Below are positions 8,728 to 17,251 of a stretch of DNA of 32,000 bases, one piece after another. A program made the translations under genes and the position numbers. The stretch covers positions 540,001 to 572,000 of the forward strand of contig NZ_CP026606.1 in assembly GCF_002945325.1 (NCBI RefSeq), read 5' to 3'. The stretch is from Methanococcus maripaludis (lineage in GTDB: Archaea; AGJL01; Methanococci; Methanococcales; Methanococcaceae). Each line of letters opens with the position of its first letter. Position 1 is the first letter of the stretch. The notes beneath the pieces are model-generated. The model was not told the origin of the DNA, made no database searches, and was given only the letters and a program-made list of their open reading frames with translations.

Positions 8728-9291
8728 TTAATTTTCTTCACTTAGTGTTTCGTTTTCATCTTCGAGCCATTCAAGTCTTCCAAGACCGTTCTGTCTCATT
8801 GTTAAAGCAATTTTACTGCCTCTTTTCTTCTCTTCTCTTAAACTTACTGCAACAATTCTAGCTCTTACTTTGTCGCCTTTTTCTAAAACTTTGCCTGTTT
8901 CTTTTCCAACGATTGCTTCTCTTTTTGGGTCAAAGCTTACGAAGTCATCCATAATTTGTGAAATGTGGATTAAACCGTCAAGAGGGCCAAGTCTTACAAA
9001 AGCACCGAACTCAACAACATCAACGATTTCTCCGTCAACTACTTCCTGGAGTTCTGGAACGTAAGTAAGCACATTAAATTCTGTTTCGTGGTATGCTGCA
9101 CCGTCTCCGTAAATTATGCTTCCGTCACTTACGTTATCCACATCAACGATTGAAAGGATAAATCCGATGTCCTTATCAAGAATTCCTTCGTATTTTTCCA
9201 TTAAAACCCTTTTTACGTTTTCGCTTAACGGGTTCCCAAACATTTTAGGAGGAATTCTCACGGTATCAGAAATTTTTAAAATTTTGTACAA
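8728..9291 (-). CDS. rpoE: DNA-directed RNA polymerase subunit E' (Rpo7), S1 domain
   Basis: 'MYKILKISDTVRIPPKMFGNPLSENVKRVLMEKYEGILDKDIGFILSIVDVDNV...EVVDGEIVDVVEFGAFVRLGPLDGLIHISQI'. Confidence 0.95.
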   Translation of the reverse strand: MYKILKISDTVRIPPKMFGNPLSENVKRVLMEKYEGILDKDIGFILSIVDVDNVSDGSIIYGDGAAYHETEFNVLTYVPELQEVVDGEIVDVVEFGAFVRLGPLDGLIHISQIMDDFVSFDPKREAIVGKETGKVLEKGDKVRARIVAVSLREEKKRGSKIALTMRQNGLGRLEWLEDENETLSEEN

Positions 9292-9446
9292 ATAACCACC
9301 TCAGTAGCAGATTAAACTTTTAAAACAGTTGAGATAACGAAATATTTTAAAATAATAAAACAGTTTCACTATATATATTCTCGTTTTTGGTATATAAATT
9401 CTACGCACGAGTTTTATAATTCTTAAAATCGGATAAAAATTAAAAA

Positions 9447-10361
9447 TTATTTCTGAGCAATTCCGATGATATCTGACATTTTTAAATCTTTTTTCAGGAG
9501 GTATTCTTCAATTTCGTTATTTATCTTTTGGAATATATCGTATCCTCGGTAATAAACTCCAGTTCCAACCTGAACTGCTGATGCTCCTGCCATCATAAAT
9601 TCTATTGCGTCAGCACCTGTAGTAATTCCACCAACACCAATTACTGGCACATCCACTGCTGAACATATATCATAAACGTTTTTTACTGCAATTGGTTTTA
9701 TTGCTTTTCCACTCATTCCGCCAACTTTATTCCCCAGAATTGGAACACCTGACTCGATATCAATTACCATTCCAGGACCAAGCGTGTTTATTGCAACAAT
9801 TCCATCAGCTCCAGCATTTACAACTGCGCTTGCAATTTCTTTTATATCAGTTACATTTGGAGTTAATTTTGCAATAACTGGGATATCTGAAACGTCTTTT
9901 ACTGCCGATACCACATTTTTACAAAGGCAGGGATCCTGACCGATTGATGAACCATATCCTCCACCTGCATGAGGGCATGAAATGTTTAATTCCAAAACAT
10001 CCACATGTGTTGCAATTACTTCAGCAGCTTTTTGAAATTCAGAATCGTTTTTACCGTAAATTGAACCGATAATTTTAACATTCATTCTTTTCATTTCATC
10101 TTTTATTCGTTCAATTTCTCCAGCATATTCATCTGCACCAGGATTTGGAAGTCCCATCGCATTTAAAAAGCCACCTTCAACTTCAACCATTGTTGGATTG
10201 TTGTGACCGGGCTTTTTTTCAATTCCAACAGATTTGGTACATACTGCGCCTGCACCGTTTTTTGCCATCCTTTTTAGGGCACTTCCAGTTTCCCCCATGA
10301 CGCCTGCTGCAAGAAATACTGGATTTTTAAATTCAATATCCCAAAGTTTAGTTTTTAGCAT
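9447..10361 (-). CDS. pyrD: Dihydroorotate dehydrogenase, catalytic subunit
   Basis: 'NPVFLAAGVMGETGSALKRM', 'VLELNISCPHAGGGYGSSIGQDPCLCKNVV', 'IPVIAKLTPNV', 'GVGGITTGADAIEFMMAGASAVQVGTGVYYRG'. Confidence 0.92.
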   Translation of the reverse strand: MLKTKLWDIEFKNPVFLAAGVMGETGSALKRMAKNGAGAVCTKSVGIEKKPGHNNPTMVEVEGGFLNAMGLPNPGADEYAGEIERIKDEMKRMNVKIIGSIYGKNDSEFQKAAEVIATHVDVLELNISCPHAGGGYGSSIGQDPCLCKNVVSAVKDVSDIPVIAKLTPNVTDIKEIASAVVNAGADGIVAINTLGPGMVIDIESGVPILGNKVGGMSGKAIKPIAVKNVYDICSAVDVPVIGVGGITTGADAIEFMMAGASAVQVGTGVYYRGYDIFQKINNEIEEYLLKKDLKMSDIIGIAQK

Positions 10362-10454
10362 CTGAAATCTCCCGATATTTTTGAATATATTTTATAATAA
10401 GACATATAAAAAACTAAAGAATCAGATAATTATGTTTATAAATCGGTGGAAATT

Positions 10455-11246
10455 ATGGAAAATTTAATTGAAAATCTTATTATTGAATTTGTAAAAAATT
10501 ACTCAAAAGAACACGACACGAAAACTAAGTGGCTGACCCCAATTGTAGGATTTGCGGATTCCAATGATCCTGAATTTTTAGAATTAAAGCAAGTCATTTC
10601 AGAAAAACATTTAACTCCAAAAGAAGTTTTAAGCAACTCAAAAAGTGTAATATGCTACTTTTTGCCTTTCGAAAAAGAAATTAATCTTGGAAATGTACAC
10701 CCGGGACTTGCGTCTGAAGATTGGGCCATTTCTTACGTTGAAACGAACAATATGATAGAAAAATTAAACGATTATCTCTCTGAAAAATTAGGTGAGATGA
10801 ACCATACTTGCTCAAAAATTCCACCAACACACAATTTTGACAAAGAAAAACTGATAAGCTACTGGTCACACAGGCACGTTGCAAAAATTGCAGGGTTAGG
10901 TACCTTTGGAATAAACAATATGTTAATTACTGAAAAGGGATGTAACGGCAGATTTGGAAGTTTAATTACATCTGCAAAATTAAAACCTAGTGAAAAACCA
11001 GATTATGAATACTGTTTGTATAAGTATAATGGTTCTTGCAAACTTTGCATTGAAAAATGTGAAAAAGAAGCGTTAAAAATAAACGAATTTAATCGAAAGG
11101 AATGTTATAACGTATGTTTAGCAAATCAAAAAGTTTATGAAAAATATGGAGTTGCAGACGTTTGTGCAAAATGTTTGTGCAATGTTCCATGTTCGTTTAT
11201 AAATCCTGCAAAAAAATTAAATGATAAATTAAAAAATAGAAAATAA
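10455..11246 (+). CDS. 4Fe-4S protein, epoxyqueuosine reductase-like (QueG-related)
   Basis: 'VLSNSKSVICYFLPFEKEINLGNVHPG', 'RHVAKIAGLGTFGINNMLITEKGCNGRFGSLITSAKL', 'CLYKYNGSCKLCIEKC...CLANQKVYEKYG'. ATG 10455 sits 3' of GGTGG. Confidence 0.75.
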   Translation: MENLIENLIIEFVKNYSKEHDTKTKWLTPIVGFADSNDPEFLELKQVISEKHLTPKEVLSNSKSVICYFLPFEKEINLGNVHPGLASEDWAISYVETNNMIEKLNDYLSEKLGEMNHTCSKIPPTHNFDKEKLISYWSHRHVAKIAGLGTFGINNMLITEKGCNGRFGSLITSAKLKPSEKPDYEYCLYKYNGSCKLCIEKCEKEALKINEFNRKECYNVCLANQKVYEKYGVADVCAKCLCNVPCSFINPAKKLNDKLKNRK

Positions 11247-11249
11247 AAG

Positions 11250-12353
11250 TTAAAACATTGTTTTATTTTCCCTTAAACAGATTTCTGCTTCATTTAATAT
11301 TTTTGAAATATCTTTTTCGGAATTATATTTTTTAAGAATAACTTCTGAAAGATTCCCGTTTTGAATCCTGTTTTGAATATGGATTAAATAAGCTTTTTCT
11401 TCATTAGTTGCAACGGAAAATGCTTTTTTATAGAGGGATTCTAATTCTGCTTTTAATTTCTTTGTTCCTGATTTTATTGCAATATTTGTTAATTCAATTA
11501 TTGTTTCATCGTCTTCTGCTACTTTTAAATCATTAATTCTTAAAAGACAGTTTATAAATGCTGAAAAAGCCATATCTGCATAAATGGATTCCTGTTCATC
11601 CATTATTTTTATTTCAACACATTTTCTTTCACGCCTTATAATTAAAGCCCTTGAATTTACCCATTCTTCACATAAAACTTCTGCATCTTTTTTTCTAAGT
11701 TCTACGTACATTTTTTCAAGGAGTTTTTCATAATCAGAAGATTTTTCAAGTTTTTCAGGTATTAAATTTCCGCAGATTTCGGGAATTTCTTTCTGGTTTT
11801 GTTTGTAATACAAAAGCCGGTTGTCCATATATCCTGTAACTTTTCCTTCGACTATCGGGGAGGATGCAGTTACTGCTACAAGGTAGGGTAAAATCGTTCG
11901 AAGCTTGTTGTGCTTTCTAACGAGGTCATCTTCGGTTGAATATTCTATATTTACCTGTAAGGCCTGAATATTCATCCAACCGTGCTGTCTTAAGTTAAAT
12001 ACTCTATCGTATGTATCGAAAACTTCCCTTTCATCGTGGTTCCAAAATGAAGTTTCTGATAAATTTAAAATAGGGTTCATTCCAAGCCCTATCAATTTGT
12101 ATTTATTATTGGTCTTTTCGTAAAAACTTTTTAAACCCTTAAAAATCTGATTTTCAAGATTTGAAATACTTTCTGAAGGACTAATTGGTTTAAATTCTAT
12201 TACGTGTTTTTGTAATTCCTTTGAAATGCCGACAGTTCCAAAAGAAAATTCATTCTGTATTTTTCCAGAAATTTCTTCAATTATTAAATCGGAAACTGGC
12301 ATTGCTTTTAAATCGGGATTGTTGATGGAATATTCGTGTTCAGTTCCTATCAT
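11250..12353 (-). CDS. GCS2-like (glutamate-cysteine ligase family 2) carboxylate-amine ligase
   Basis: 'GTEHEYSINN...', 'HVIEFKP', 'MNPILNLSETSFWNHDEREVFDTYDRVFNLRQHGWMNIQALQVNIEY'; overlaps the ATP-grasp gene. Confidence 0.75.
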   Translation of the reverse strand: MIGTEHEYSINNPDLKAMPVSDLIIEEISGKIQNEFSFGTVGISKELQKHVIEFKPISPSESISNLENQIFKGLKSFYEKTNNKYKLIGLGMNPILNLSETSFWNHDEREVFDTYDRVFNLRQHGWMNIQALQVNIEYSTEDDLVRKHNKLRTILPYLVAVTASSPIVEGKVTGYMDNRLLYYKQNQKEIPEICGNLIPEKLEKSSDYEKLLEKMYVELRKKDAEVLCEEWVNSRALIIRRERKCVEIKIMDEQESIYADMAFSAFINCLLRINDLKVAEDDETIIELTNIAIKSGTKKLKAELESLYKKAFSVATNEEKAYLIHIQNRIQNGNLSEVILKKYNSEKDISKILNEAEICLRENKTMF

Positions 12354-13290
12354 TTGCTACACCATCTGGATCGATTACTTCTGAAAACTTCATTTTTCCG
12401 TCTGAAAATTTCTGCCTCGAATCATTCATAATATACGATACAATTTTAGAATACGCTTCAGGGTAAAATTCATCTTCTGTTGTTTCAAGAGATGGGTTAT
12501 CATTTACCTCAATTACATAAACGTTTCCAGCATTTTCTTTTAAATCAACACCGTAAAGACCAGTTCCAACTGCATTTGCAGCTTTTAAAGCTGTTGTTAT
12601 AACCTCGTTTGGAACTTCATCGAACATTACACTTTCAACGGTACAGTATACCCTGTGCCCGTCTACGCAGTCATGTATTTTGAAGGTCTCTTTTGGAATC
12701 AAGTATTTGCAGGCATAAATTACTTCGCCATTTAAAATTCCAACTCTCCAGTCAAATCGGGTTTCTACAAATTCTTGTGCAACCAATACATCTGAAAGCC
12801 TCAAAAATCTAGAAGCTACTTTTGAAAATTCTTCTAAAGTGTTTACTTTTTCAACCCGCATTGAAAAGGAAGTCGATGGCTCTTTTAAAATTAAAGGCAG
12901 TCCAATTTCTTCAACAATTCCTTTTAAATTTTCAGGTTTATTCTCAGATTTTCTTAAAAATTTAGTTTTTGGAAGAGTTACGTTATTTTTTATCATGTGC
13001 AGATACATGTTTATCTTGTCGGCACATATTTGAATGGATTTTGAATCATCTATCACTTTTACGCCGTTTAATTCTGCGATTCTGGATGCCACGTAGCTTA
13101 TATTCATTGGGTCAGTTTTGGATCGTATAAAAAGGCCGTCCAGTGTTTTTATTTTGTGTATTTCGTTTGGGAATAAAAAATAAAATTCATGGCCCATTGA
13201 TTCTGCAATATCTCGGAATCTGATTAAAGATTGGAGTTGATTTGAACTACTAAGGGTTTGTCTATCAACAAACACTCCAAATTTTCCCAT
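12340..13290 (-). CDS. RimK-like ATP-grasp ligase
   Basis: 'DKINMYLHMIKNNVTLPKT', 'GLPLILKEPSTSFSMRV', 'DWRVGILNGEVIYACKYLIP', 'GTGLYGVDLKENAGNVYVIEVNDNPSLETT'. Confidence 0.88.
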   Translation of the reverse strand: MGKFGVFVDRQTLSSSNQLQSLIRFRDIAESMGHEFYFLFPNEIHKIKTLDGLFIRSKTDPMNISYVASRIAELNGVKVIDDSKSIQICADKINMYLHMIKNNVTLPKTKFLRKSENKPENLKGIVEEIGLPLILKEPSTSFSMRVEKVNTLEEFSKVASRFLRLSDVLVAQEFVETRFDWRVGILNGEVIYACKYLIPKETFKIHDCVDGHRVYCTVESVMFDEVPNEVITTALKAANAVGTGLYGVDLKENAGNVYVIEVNDNPSLETTEDEFYPEAYSKIVSYIMNDSRQKFSDGKMKFSEVIDPDGVANDRN

Positions 13291-13905
13291 TTAATCCACC
13301 AACAAGGTCTTTTCGATCATTGATTTTTCTTCTTTTGAAAGTTTTGATACATTTACCGGGGATATCGACGAAAGGAATATTTTATCGTCAATAATTACAA
13401 ATAACGCATTAATTAGCGGTATTTTAAAAGTTTGATAGATTTTATTTGCTATTTGTTTTATATTTTCATTTTCCGTGCATACCTCCCCAAAAAATATTGA
13501 AAAATTAGCTATTTCAAAATTTTCGGGAACTTTTTGGTAGCATAACGGATATTTTCCACAATTTGTTACGTGTTTTGATATCTTTCTTGATTCTTCTCGA
13601 TTTTTAACGATATAATATGTTGAAGGATCTGAAAAATAATTTACTGAATAAACGATTGAAGGATTTGGAACGTCGCCTGAAGATATTTCCCATTGTAAAA
13701 TAGGAATTCCTGCAAGTTCTGCCCGTGTAAGTGCTACTGGAACAATATATGCATCCAGTACATCGTTACTACTTGGAAAAACCTTATTTTTTCCAGATAT
13801 CTCTTTTGATATCAGTTTGTAATAACTTTCAGTTTTGTAAAAATAATCTTTGCTTATAACACAGTCTATTCCGTCTTTTATTGTTGTATGAGACATTTTA
13901 TTCAA
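13291..13905 (-). CDS. Protein resembling the RimK-like ATP-grasp N-terminal (RLAN-type) domain, stand-alone
   Basis: 'VFPSSNDVLDAYIVPVALTRAELAGIPILQWEIS' and immediate adjacency (stop/start contiguous) to the ATP-grasp gene. Confidence 0.5.
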   Translation of the reverse strand: MNKMSHTTIKDGIDCVISKDYFYKTESYYKLISKEISGKNKVFPSSNDVLDAYIVPVALTRAELAGIPILQWEISSGDVPNPSIVYSVNYFSDPSTYYIVKNREESRKISKHVTNCGKYPLCYQKVPENFEIANFSIFFGEVCTENENIKQIANKIYQTFKIPLINALFVIIDDKIFLSSISPVNVSKLSKEEKSMIEKTLLVD

Positions 13906-14162
13906 AAAAAACCCTTTTTTTGGAATAAACTCACCTTCATTGCTGTTTTAAAGGCCCGACACTCCCCCACAATATAATCGAAGTATCATGATTCCTACAA
14001 CATTAGAATATATAAATTTATGTAATTTGAAAAATCGATTTAAAACAGTTTTTTTGTAAATTAACGGCCTAAAAACGTTAAAATCATGTGAATGTATATT
14101 AACCCTTTTGAAAATAGAATATATTGAGGCCGAAAAAGCCATGCATAAATCGAGGGGGTATT

Positions 14163-14411
14163 ATGGAAGGTGAACATCATATTGAAAAAAGACCCAGTAT
14201 TGTCTCACGAACCCACTCAAGAAAAGATGCGTTAGATTGGGTATCTATTGTTTTGGTAATAATTGGGGGACTTAACTGGGGGCTTGTCGGAGCTTTTAAT
14301 ATAGACCTTATTCAGGTAGTATTTGGAAGTTTTCCGTCAGTTGCAAGAATTCTATATATTCTTGTTGGACTATCTGCAATATACATGATTTACTATGCTT
14401 CAAAAACCTAA
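14163..14411 (+). CDS. DUF378-type small membrane protein
   Basis: 'RKDALDWVSIVLVIIGGLNWGLVGAFNIDLIQVVFGSFPSVARILYILVGLSAIYMI'; ATG 14163 after GAGGGGGT. Confidence 0.85.
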   Translation: MEGEHHIEKRPSIVSRTHSRKDALDWVSIVLVIIGGLNWGLVGAFNIDLIQVVFGSFPSVARILYILVGLSAIYMIYYASKT

Positions 14412-14449
14412 AAAAAATATTAAAATAATTTATTTTTAATTTTTAAGAG

Positions 14450-14944
14450 TTAATCTTCTTTTGAACGGTACATTGTAGTTAACCATTCTTTTACATAATT
14501 TTCAGTTTCTGCCTTGTGGTTTAAAACATCTAAAAATACGGTTCCACCAATAAGTTCATTATCAACAAGCTCTTTTTTCATGTTTTCAAGCGTACTTCCA
14601 ATGGTCTTTCCCGCAGTACAGAATACCGCAACTTTTTTTCCAGCGAATTTGTATTTTGAAAAAAAGGTCTTTAAAGGAGCGGCCATATTTCCAGCCCATA
14701 CGGGAGTTCCAATAAATATTGTGTCGTATTCGTCCAGATTTAAGGATATTTCTTTTATTTCAGGCATTTTTTTAAACATTAAAAATCTGCCAAGTTCTAA
14801 AAACATTGATAATCCTTTTTTTGGAATTTCTGTTACAGTTTCAATTTTTAACAAATCTGCCCCGGTGTTTTCTGAAATAAGATTTGCTACATACTCAGTA
14901 TTTTCAAAAAGTGAGTAGTATATCACAAGTTTTTTTTCATCCAT
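14450..14944 (-). CDS. Flavodoxin
   Basis: 'LVIYYSLFENTEYVANLISENTGADLLKIETV', 'DTIFIGTPVWAGNMAAPLKTFF', 'GKKVAVFCTAGKTIGSTLENM'. Confidence 0.85.
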   Translation of the reverse strand: MDEKKLVIYYSLFENTEYVANLISENTGADLLKIETVTEIPKKGLSMFLELGRFLMFKKMPEIKEISLNLDEYDTIFIGTPVWAGNMAAPLKTFFSKYKFAGKKVAVFCTAGKTIGSTLENMKKELVDNELIGGTVFLDVLNHKAETENYVKEWLTTMYRSKED

Positions 14945-14962
14945 ATATTTCCCCTCGTTTAA

Positions 14963-15724
14963 TTAGTTAATTTTAAATAAATCTGCTGCATTATTATGTG
15001 AAACTGCAGTTATTACCTTTTCATCAAATCCTGCCATTTTTAATTTTAAAACAGTTTTTGGAACTCCAAGTATATCTGATGGTGCCGAAGAACTATCACT
15101 ATTTAATAAAAATCTCTTTTCACAGTACTCCCCAAGTATTTCAACTGCATCATTTGGAGTTAATTTTTGAGGCTGAACAGTAATTCCAAGTTTATAATCA
15201 TTTTCCCAGATTATTGGCACAGTTTCTTTTGTAACGTGTTCTATTATTATTTTTTTCTTAAAATCGATTGGTAAATCCATAGTATCGAGAACTTCAATAA
15301 TATTTTTTGTTACAGCTTCTTTGTTAGTTCTTGGAGTGTGAACTACTGCTGGAAGGTTCATTTCTCTTGCAATGGTTATTTGGTTTTCAAAAACTTCAAT
15401 TTCTTCTTTACTGCATTTTTCAAGCCCGATTTCCCCAACACCAACGACATTTTCTTTTTTCAAATATTCTTTCAAAACATCGTAATCGATTTTTGGAGGA
15501 ATTGCTCTTGGGTGAATTCCAATACATGCTTTCATTTTTAAACCGTTTTTTCGCGCTTTTGCTATTTCATTGCCCAATATTTTGTCGAAATAGTCAAGCG
15601 CAACATCAAACGATCTCATTTTTAAAGGATCGTGTGCATGCGTTATAACGCAGTCAAAAACAGTTGCCATCAATTCAAAATCTTCGTAAGGTCTTGTATC
15701 GGCGTGTACGTGGGAATCAATCAT
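14963..15724 (-). CDS. TatD-related metal-dependent hydrolase (archaeal)
   Basis: 'MIDSHVHADTRPYEDFELMATVFDCVITHAHDP', 'ACIGIHPRAIPP', 'GVGEIGLEKCSKEE', 'VVHTPRTNKE', 'LLNSDSSSAPSD'; start chosen after GGTGA. Confidence 0.82.
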   Translation of the reverse strand: MIDSHVHADTRPYEDFELMATVFDCVITHAHDPLKMRSFDVALDYFDKILGNEIAKARKNGLKMKACIGIHPRAIPPKIDYDVLKEYLKKENVVGVGEIGLEKCSKEEIEVFENQITIAREMNLPAVVHTPRTNKEAVTKNIIEVLDTMDLPIDFKKKIIIEHVTKETVPIIWENDYKLGITVQPQKLTPNDAVEILGEYCEKRFLLNSDSSSAPSDILGVPKTVLKLKMAGFDEKVITAVSHNNAADLFKIN

Positions 15725-15894
15725 TAAATCACCCATTTGATAGTTATTAATTTTAAATTTAAAACAAAGTATAATTTTTAAGCCTGAATTATCTACAACA
15801 ATAATTTTAATACATTTCTATTCTAATTTTGTTTTTACCCCTTTATATACCTTATAAAACATAATTGACAGTATTCATTTTGAGAGGCGGTAGA

Positions 15895-17196
15895 ATGGAA
15901 CTTTGTTTTAGAGGCGGTGCTTGTGAAGTTGGAAGAAGTTGCGTAGAACTCAAAACCGAAAAAAGTACAGTTTTATTTGACTGCGGGGTAAAATTATCCC
16001 CTGAAGAATCAGAATACCCGATTTTAGATAATTTAAATGCAGACTGTGTCTTTGCGTCACACGCTCACCTCGACCACACTGGCGGAATCCCCTTACTTAT
16101 CCGAAAAGGTATGGTTCCTGCAATTTATGCTACAGAAGTTACAAAAGCAATATCTAAGGAATTATTAAGAGATTCCATTAAAATTGCAGGTGCAGAAGGG
16201 CAGGATATCCCCTATGATAAAGCAGATGTTAATAAATCATTAAATCTGTTTAGAAAAGCTAGATACAATCATCCAAAAGATTTCAAAGATTTTGAATTTG
16301 AATTTTTTAATGCAGGGCACATTCCTGGAAGTTCAACAATATCCTTAAATTACGGCGGAAAACGAGTAGTTTATACAGGAGACACCAAAGTAAGCGATAC
16401 AGACCTTGTAAAAGGAGCGGACCTGTCATACACAAAAGAAGATATCGCTTGTTTGATTGTTGAATCAACATATGGTGATAAAAATCAGGAAAATAGGGCG
16501 GATGCAGAAAAAAATTTTATAAACAAAATAAAAGAAACTCTTGAAAGAGGTGGAATTCCACTAGTTCCTGTATTTGCGGTCGATAGAAGTCAAGAAATAT
16601 TAATGATATTAAATAAACATGATTTTGGAGTTCCAGTATACTTTGACGGCCTTGGAAGGAAAATTACAAGAATAATGCTGCAGTACCCTAAATTTTTGAA
16701 TCACCCCGACGATTTGAAAGCTGCCTTTTTAAATGTAATAGAAGTTGAATCAAAAGACAGGCCAAAAATAATAAAAGAAATTAAACAAAACGGTGGAATA
16801 ATTGTAAGTACGGCAGGAATGCTTGAAGGAGGGCCGATAATTCCATACATACACGAATTTATGGAAGATCCAAAAAATTCATTAATATTCACAGGATATC
16901 AGGTTGAAGAAACTGCTGGAAGAAAGTTGCTTGAAACCGGAAAAATTGAAATTGGCGAATTTGATATTGAGCCAAAATTAGAAATTGCTTCATACCAATT
17001 TTCTGCACATGGTGAAATGGACGAATTAAGGGAAATTGTAAAAAAAGCAAACCCTGAAGTACTCGTAATCCAACACGGTGAAGAAGAAGTTGTAAATGTA
17101 TTTAAAGATTGGGCCGTTTTAGAAGGGTTCAATGAAAATAGAGTATTTACTCCAAAAATAGGAGATAAAATAAATTTAACTGAATTTTTAAAATAA
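15895..17196 (+). CDS. Beta-CASP metallo-beta-lactamase ribonuclease (archaeal CPSF2-like)
   Basis: 'CFRGGACEVGRSCVELKTEKSTVLFDCGVKLS', HAHLDHTGG, 'HIPGSSTISLNYGGKRVVYTGDTK', 'VPVFAVDRSQEILMIL', C-terminal 'ISTAGMLEGGP', 'FSAHGEMDEL', 'VLVIQHGEE'. ATG 15895 after GAGGCGG. Confidence 0.85.
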   Translation: MELCFRGGACEVGRSCVELKTEKSTVLFDCGVKLSPEESEYPILDNLNADCVFASHAHLDHTGGIPLLIRKGMVPAIYATEVTKAISKELLRDSIKIAGAEGQDIPYDKADVNKSLNLFRKARYNHPKDFKDFEFEFFNAGHIPGSSTISLNYGGKRVVYTGDTKVSDTDLVKGADLSYTKEDIACLIVESTYGDKNQENRADAEKNFINKIKETLERGGIPLVPVFAVDRSQEILMILNKHDFGVPVYFDGLGRKITRIMLQYPKFLNHPDDLKAAFLNVIEVESKDRPKIIKEIKQNGGIIVSTAGMLEGGPIIPYIHEFMEDPKNSLIFTGYQVEETAGRKLLETGKIEIGEFDIEPKLEIASYQFSAHGEMDELREIVKKANPEVLVIQHGEEEVVNVFKDWAVLEGFNENRVFTPKIGDKINLTEFLK

Positions 17197-17251
17197 TCAT
17201 ACTATTTTTTAAATTTTTAAAAAGAAAAAAGAAAATATTTTTTTAATTAAG

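Noticed and set aside
7829-9064. Plus-strand ORFs 7829..8092 and 8870..9064
   Set aside because: Antisense to rps24e/DUF359 and rpoE', which have unambiguous motifs.
9692-10884. ORFs 9692..9877(+) and 10681..10884(-)
   Set aside because: Antisense to pyrD and to the 4Fe-4S reductase gene, with low-complexity composition.
13948-14142. Minus-strand 64-aa ORF in the 13.9-14.1 kb intergenic region
   Set aside because: No RBS or homology-like motif; it overlaps the probable promoter region of the DUF378 gene.
17197-17251. Possible ncRNA/terminator in the A/T-rich convergent intergenic gap
   Set aside because: Only homopolymeric A/T runs and no stable GC stem; at most unstructured T-rich archaeal termination signals.
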